DNA of 64,000 nucleotides from Candidatus Babeliales bacterium (GTDB lineage Bacteria; Babelota; Babeliae; Babelales; JANWKD01): NCBI GenBank assembly GCA_963722255.1, contig CAVRJO010000002.1, positions 648,467 to 712,466 of the forward strand, read 5' to 3'. Shown piece by piece: positions 59,091 to 64,000 of this stretch (position 1 is its first letter; each line of letters starts with the position of its first letter). The notes under the pieces were generated by a model. It saw only the letters and a program-made list of their open reading frames with translations, ran no database searches and was not told where the DNA came from. The position numbers and the translations under genes were made by a program.

Positions 59091-59876
59091 CTAAACAAAA
59101 TCAAGCCGGCGCTTTAGATTTCTCATGCCGGCAATAAAGCAAACGATCGAAAAAAACATTATTGCAACAAGACATAACCAAAAGTTGATATAATCAGTTT
59201 GACCCAATAATGCAACACGCATCGCTTCGGTAATATAGATCATAGGATTTATAAGATTAATATAGGCAATAAGAGGCAATGCTTTATGCAAAGCTACCCA
59301 GGAAAATTGAAATCCGCCCATAAACCACATTGGAAAAATACAGCGCGCCCATACACTTCCCAATTTACTCATATTAGCTATGATACTTGCAGTCCATAAA
59401 ACAAAACAAGCATAAAATATATTTTGAAAAACCAAGCAAAGAAAAAACTTAAGATAATCAATTTGAGTGAGGTCAAATTGATTCCACAACGTTAATTTAC
59501 CAACTGGCAACATAAGGAGTGAAATAACGGAATATACAATAGAATAAAATGCTGCTTTGCTCAAAAGAGACATCCATGATGGAATGGGCAAAGTCATACT
59601 ATAATTAATTTCTCGATTTCCTTCAAAATCGGAAACAAGTTCAACAACACTGCTATAAAGTTCAAAAAGACCTGTTGCTGCTATAACACCTCCTAATTGA
59701 AATACCCCGAAATCGTGAGAAAGGCCAAAATAAGGCATAATATAACTGGTGACAACCATAGTTAAAACAACCCATATGGTTACATCAATAAATTTATCAA
59801 AAAATGTCTGCTTAAACACACAAAGATCTGCATGAATAAGCTCTTTACATACTGCAAAATATGAACCAATCTTCAT
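59091..59876 (-). CDS. ABC-2 type exporter permease
   Basis: Six TM helices, INPMIYITEAMR; adjacent to the ATPase gene. Confidence 0.88.
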   Translation of the reverse strand: MKIGSYFAVCKELIHADLCVFKQTFFDKFIDVTIWVVLTMVVTSYIMPYFGLSHDFGVFQLGGVIAATGLFELYSSVVELVSDFEGNREINYSMTLPIPSWMSLLSKAAFYSIVYSVISLLMLPVGKLTLWNQFDLTQIDYLKFFLCLVFQNIFYACFVLWTASIIANMSKLGSVWARCIFPMWFMGGFQFSWVALHKALPLIAYINLINPMIYITEAMRVALLGQTDYINFWLCLVAIMFFSIVCFIAGMRNLKRRLDFV

Positions 59877-59901
59877 ATAATCACTTTCATTAATAATAGT
59901 A

Positions 59902-60639
59902 TTATTGTTGGCTAGCTTTTAACAACTCAATAAACACATCTTCGAGATTTTTTTGTTTAAAATCATTCAGAAGTTTATCAGGTGTATCAATAAGCTTTAT
60001 TTGTCCTGCATCTAAGATACACACACGATCAGAAAGCTTCTCAGCTTCATCAAGATAATGTGTTGTTAATAAAACGGTAATGCCGAGCTGCTTTAAATCT
60101 TTAATCATTTCCCACAAATTTCTTCTGATATGTGGATCTAGACCAACGGTCGGTTCATCTAAAATTACAAACTCAGGTTTGTGAATCAAACTACGTGCAA
60201 TCATAAAGCGTTGCATATAGCCTCCCGATAAAACTGACGCTTTTTGATTAAGATATTTTTGTAATTCAAATTGTTGCACGAGCTCATGAATCCTTGGCTT
60301 AATCTGCTCTTCGGGAATGCTATAAAATTTTCCGGCAAAGACAAGATTTTGCTCCAAAGTAAGCATCATATTGAGATTTGGTTTTTGGGGGCAATAGCCT
60401 AATTTGGATCTAAATGCAGGAACGTCTTTATAAATTGATCTTCCCCTATATTCAATATCACCTTCAGTCGGTGGATGCAACGTTGCAATAATTGATGATA
60501 GGGTTGTTTTACCGGCTCCATTAACGCCCAAGAGGCTTAAAATCTCTCCTTTATAGATATCGAGATCTATACCTTTAAGAACTTCAGATCTACCATACTT
60601 TTTTTTAATATTTTTGAGAGCAAGCAAGATCTGCTTCAT
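59902..60639 (-). CDS. ABC exporter ATP-binding subunit (DrrA/NodI-like)
   Basis: GVNGAGKTT, LSGG, ILDEPTVGLDP, TTHYLDEAE. Confidence 0.93.
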   Translation of the reverse strand: MKQILLALKNIKKKYGRSEVLKGIDLDIYKGEILSLLGVNGAGKTTLSSIIATLHPPTEGDIEYRGRSIYKDVPAFRSKLGYCPQKPNLNMMLTLEQNLVFAGKFYSIPEEQIKPRIHELVQQFELQKYLNQKASVLSGGYMQRFMIARSLIHKPEFVILDEPTVGLDPHIRRNLWEMIKDLKQLGITVLLTTHYLDEAEKLSDRVCILDAGQIKLIDTPDKLLNDFKQKNLEDVFIELLKASQQ

Positions 60640-61090
60640 AAAAACCTATACGGCTGCTTACAATAAGCAACAATTAACTATATATGATAAAAAAATACGA
60701 CTTGGTAATGTGGGAAAAACTAGTGCAAGTAATGAAAATAAAAATGCAAGAAATATCAAAAAAAGAAAAAAAAAGAAAAATTATAGTGCAAAGATTCTAA
60801 CAACTATTTCATTAATTACGTGTTAGTTTTGTGTGGCGGCAATGCGCAAACTGGTTTTCATGATTTTTCTCTCCTCTGAGAGTTTTTATAATAAAAAAAT
60901 TTTAATAATTATTTTAACGATCTTCTTTGAAAAAGTCAAAAAATATTTTCTCTTATATCGCATTATAAGAGAAAATTATCACTTCTACTACACTCTAATT
61001 AAAAAAAAAGAATTGATAAACTAAAAATATTTCTGTACTCTTTCGTAAAGTGATATATATTTTCAACAAAATAAATGGAAAGATTTTTCA

Positions 61091-61243
61091 ATGAAAAGAA
61101 TACATACATTATTCATAGTTGTACTAGTTGGTACCGGCCTAATTGGTTCATATCTTGTTGCTCACACAGCATCAAAGAATACTAAGAAAGCACAAACGAC
61201 TCGCAAGTGCAATCATGGCTGCAAGCAAAGATGCAACCATTAA
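61091..61243 (+). CDS. 50-aa secreted peptide with C-terminal CNH-G-C-KQR-CNH
   Basis: MKRIHTLFIVVLVGTGLIGSYLVAHTASKNTKKAQTTRKCNHGCKQRCNH*; followed by a strong hairpin; below the ORF-track cutoff. Confidence 0.6.
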   Translation: MKRIHTLFIVVLVGTGLIGSYLVAHTASKNTKKAQTTRKCNHGCKQRCNH

Positions 61244-61270
61244 GAACTTCTCTAGAATTCAATAATAATT

Positions 61271-61314
61271 AACCTATAGGATAAGGCAAAAAAAATTGCC
61301 TTATCCTATAGGTT
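61271..61314. terminator. Perfect 19-bp hairpin
   Basis: AACCTATAGGATAAGGCAA-A6-TTGCCTTATCCTATAGGTT. Confidence 0.7.
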
Positions 61315-61389
61315 TCTATCAATAATTACATCTAAATATCCTGATTCTCTCTTAATAATTAATTTCTCTTATTATGCCTATCGAGTTTT

Positions 61390-61500
61390 TTGAAATAAAG
61401 TGCATTAATCAAAACTTGCTATTTCAATTTATAGCAATTTTTTGAAATAAGATGTTATAATTAGACCGTTATTTCATTTTATTGATATTTATTGAAATAA
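61390..61500. promoter_or_regulatory. Alternating-orientation TTGAAATAA boxes upstream of the Fic gene
   Basis: Forward copies at 61390, 61442, 61492; reverse copies at 61419, 61469. Confidence 0.5.
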
Positions 61501-61511
61501 GGAAATATTTA

Positions 61512-62624
61512 ATGCGTATTACAGGCCATTATGAAAATAATTACTTTATTCCTGAACCTTTACCCCCCCAAAATCCACCATTTAAACTAAGCTCAGAGAT
61601 TGCAGTTCTTTATGGTGAAGCTATGCACGAAATTGGAAAACTTAATGGATTGGCAAATAACCTACCTGATATACATCGTTTCATAAAGGCATATGTAATA
61701 AAGGAAGCGCTTCTATCATCTGCAATTGAGGGAATTTATACAACCTTGTTAGATATTTTTACACAACCTTTTTTAGAATCAAAGCCGAGTAAGGATACTC
61801 AGCTTGTTATGAATTATACAAAAGCACTTAAAAAAGCATTGGACCTCATTAAAAAAGAAAATTTTCCAATTTCTTCACGAGTAGTTCTTGCGGCTCATAA
61901 AGCCTTAATGGAAACCGGCGAAGGGGATAAATCTGATCCAGGACATTTTCGAAAACAAGCTGTTCGAGTTGGAGCTCTTATTCCTCCACCCCCTTTACAA
62001 GTTCCCCAGCTCATGTCTGACCTTGAACATTATATTAATACTGACGAAACAGTTCCACCACTGATAAAAGCGGGTCTTGCTCATGTTCAATTTGAAACTA
62101 TTCACCCATTTTTGGATGGCAATGGACGAATAGGTAGACTCTTGATTGTTCTCATGCTCATTGAAAATGGACTTTTACAAGAACCTATTCTTTATCCTTC
62201 TTATTATTTTAAAAAAAATCAGCTTGAATATTATCAATGCCTCGACCGAGTTAGAACTCATGGCGATTTTGAAGGATGGATCACATTTTATTTGAAAACT
62301 ATTAAATATAGTAGTATTGATGCTTATAAGCGCGGAAAAGAAATTGAAAATTTACAAAAAAAAAGCACAACTATTATTTTACAAGAAGAAACGTCTGATA
62401 AAGTTCGTGATAATAGACTCAAAACATTAACTATAATCTTTTCATGTCCAGTTATTACCATAAAAGAACTTAGCCTGCAAATTGGAATGTCATATAATAC
62501 TGCGCACCAAATTATTGCTGACTTTATTACTTTAGGTTTTCTTGTTGAAGAAACTGAACAAAAAAGAGGTAAATTATTTAAATTCAAACCTTATATTGAT
62601 ATTTTAGAAAAAGATCATGAATAA
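61512..62624 (+). CDS. Fic-family protein with C-terminal HTH
   Basis: SSAIEG inhibitory-type motif, HPFLDGNGRIGR Fic motif, ITIKELSLQIGMSYNTA HTH. Confidence 0.93.
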   Translation: MRITGHYENNYFIPEPLPPQNPPFKLSSEIAVLYGEAMHEIGKLNGLANNLPDIHRFIKAYVIKEALLSSAIEGIYTTLLDIFTQPFLESKPSKDTQLVMNYTKALKKALDLIKKENFPISSRVVLAAHKALMETGEGDKSDPGHFRKQAVRVGALIPPPPLQVPQLMSDLEHYINTDETVPPLIKAGLAHVQFETIHPFLDGNGRIGRLLIVLMLIENGLLQEPILYPSYYFKKNQLEYYQCLDRVRTHGDFEGWITFYLKTIKYSSIDAYKRGKEIENLQKKSTTIILQEETSDKVRDNRLKTLTIIFSCPVITIKELSLQIGMSYNTAHQIIADFITLGFLVEETEQKRGKLFKFKPYIDILEKDHE

Positions 62625-62788
62625 TCCTTCTTGTTTATTTACAATACTTTTTATTCTTATGCTGAAATTAATATATAATAAATCTCACGCTCAAAGTATA
62701 ATGAACCCCAGAAACTTGACACGATAAAATTAAAAATGTGTTAGTTTTTAATGAACATGAAAGTGAACATTATTATCGGGGAATTTTT

Positions 62789-63064
62789 ATGGCAAGAAGA
62801 TATAAAAAACATAGTAGTTCATTCAAAGCAAAAGTAGCTATAGATGCTATTAGAGAACAAAAAACTTTAAACGAACTAAGTCAGGAACATAGCATTGCTC
62901 CTGCACAAATCTCTATCTGGAAAAGACATGCTGAAGAAAATATGAGCAACCTTTTTGAGGGGAAACAAGAAAAGGACCAACAAGAGGAAATTGATAGGCT
63001 TTATCGAGTAATTGGTCAAATAACGGCAGAGCGTGATTTTTTAGAACGCTCGCTCAATCGATAG
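62789..63064 (+). CDS. IS3 transposase OrfA
   Basis: FKAKVAIDAI...TLNEL...QISIWK, LYRVIGQI..ERDFL. Confidence 0.88.
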   Translation: MARRYKKHSSSFKAKVAIDAIREQKTLNELSQEHSIAPAQISIWKRHAEENMSNLFEGKQEKDQQEEIDRLYRVIGQITAERDFLERSLNR

Positions 63065-63084
63065 ATTTAAAGCAGCGTAAGGAA

Positions 63085-63965
63085 ATGGTTGAGTGTGTAA
63101 ATGAAGCAATAGACTTTAAAAGAAAATGTGAACTTTTAGATGTATCGAGAGGATCGATGTATTACAAGCCTAAACCTCAAAAAAATAATGATGCAATTAT
63201 TATGAATGAGCTACGTGAAATTTATCAAGAAACGCCTTCCTATGGCTATCGGCGCATGACAGTAGCTTTAAGAGAAAATGGTTTTTTGGTTAATCATAAA
63301 AAAGTTTTTATGTTGCTTAAGATAGCGGGCATCCAGGCCATTTACCCTCGCAAAAAAACAACCATACGAAATCGGGGCACAAAGTATTTCCTTATTTATT
63401 GCGTGGGTTGCTTATTAATCGACCAAATCAGGTTTGGCAAGTAGATATAACCTATATAAAAATACGGGGTGGTTTTGTATATTTGGTTTGCTTAATTGAT
63501 GTTTTTAGTCGAAAAATCATGGGATGGAAATTGTCAATTTCTCTTGATACAGCGTTATGCATAGAGGCGTTCAATAGTGCTTTGCAACATGGTATTCCAG
63601 AAATTGTTAATAGCGACCAAGGATGTCAATTTACCAGTGCTCTGTGGGTTGAATTAGTGCAACAATATGGAATTCAAATAAGTATGGATGGTAAAGGAAG
63701 ATGGGCAGATAATGTTTATATTGAGAGGCTTTGGCGTACGATAAAATATGAGATGATACATTTGCATAGCTTTGATACAGTTCAACAGGTAAGAGATGCG
63801 CTTGCAAGTTACATTGTTTTTTATAATACACGACGTTATCATTCAAAGCTTAATTATCACGCACCAGACGCTATTTTCGCAAAAAAAATTATTCCATCTA
63901 AAAAAGAATTATTCGAAAGTTTTATAGCTTCACAAATTTATAAACTTGGAGCCGCTATGATTTAA
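63085..63965 (+). pseudogene. IS3 transposase OrfB (integrase core) with an internal frameshift near 63375
   Basis: YGYRRM; PNQVWQVDITY, NSDQGCQFTS, DNVYIERLWRTIKYE split over two frames at a G4 run. Confidence 0.85.
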
Positions 63966-64000
63966 ATTTTTTTTTAATTTCGTGTCTTGACAAAGGGGTT

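Larger units (their letters stand above)
62702..64000 (+). mobile_element. IS3-family insertion sequence (right end at or just beyond the window edge)
   Basis: Left IR TGAACCCC...GACACGA; right IR TCGTGTC...GGGGTT at the end; orfA/orfB organisation. Confidence 0.92.

Noticed and set aside
1618..63846. Other 60-112 aa ORFs overlapping called genes
   Set aside because: Antisense or out-of-frame shadows with no motifs
1..64000. Alternative genetic code or stop-codon readthrough
   Set aside because: Housekeeping genes are full length in code 11; the breaks seen are frameshifts, not in-frame stops

Overview
AT-rich bacterial chromosome segment. It mixes housekeeping genes (rpe, gpsA, uppS, lgt-dnaG-rpoD, mnmG, mraY, lepB, a TrmH-family methyltransferase, an ABC-F ATPase, an ABC-2 exporter) with many signal-peptide proteins carrying eukaryote-like domains (ankyrin, WD40-like, beta-helix). 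This content suggests a protist-associated intracellular bacterium, plausibly Candidatus Dependentiae/Babelota (inference only). Five IS elements are present: two IS200-like, one IS5-family, one IS4-like and one IS3. Two of them clearly interrupt genes. No rRNA, tRNA or CRISPR-cas locus was recognised. Main leads: (1) about a dozen secreted proteins, mostly effector-like, have Met exactly at or next to the predicted signal-peptide cleavage site, and individual secreted proteins carry eukaryotic address or ubiquitin-ligase motifs (two CaaX boxes, N-terminal BC-boxes, an F-box-like motif, Cys strings, a mitochondrial-presequence-like segment); (2) two unannotated micro-ORFs copy the C-terminal helix of the ABC-F protein and sit head-to-head with WD40-like genes; (3) an exactly 33-bp-periodic repeat array lies upstream of an IS-split AAA+ ATPase-nuclease gene; (4) a six-member family of diversified small secreted beta-rich proteins. 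rpoD carries three +1 frameshifts, most likely assembly indel errors, so other frameshift calls need caution.
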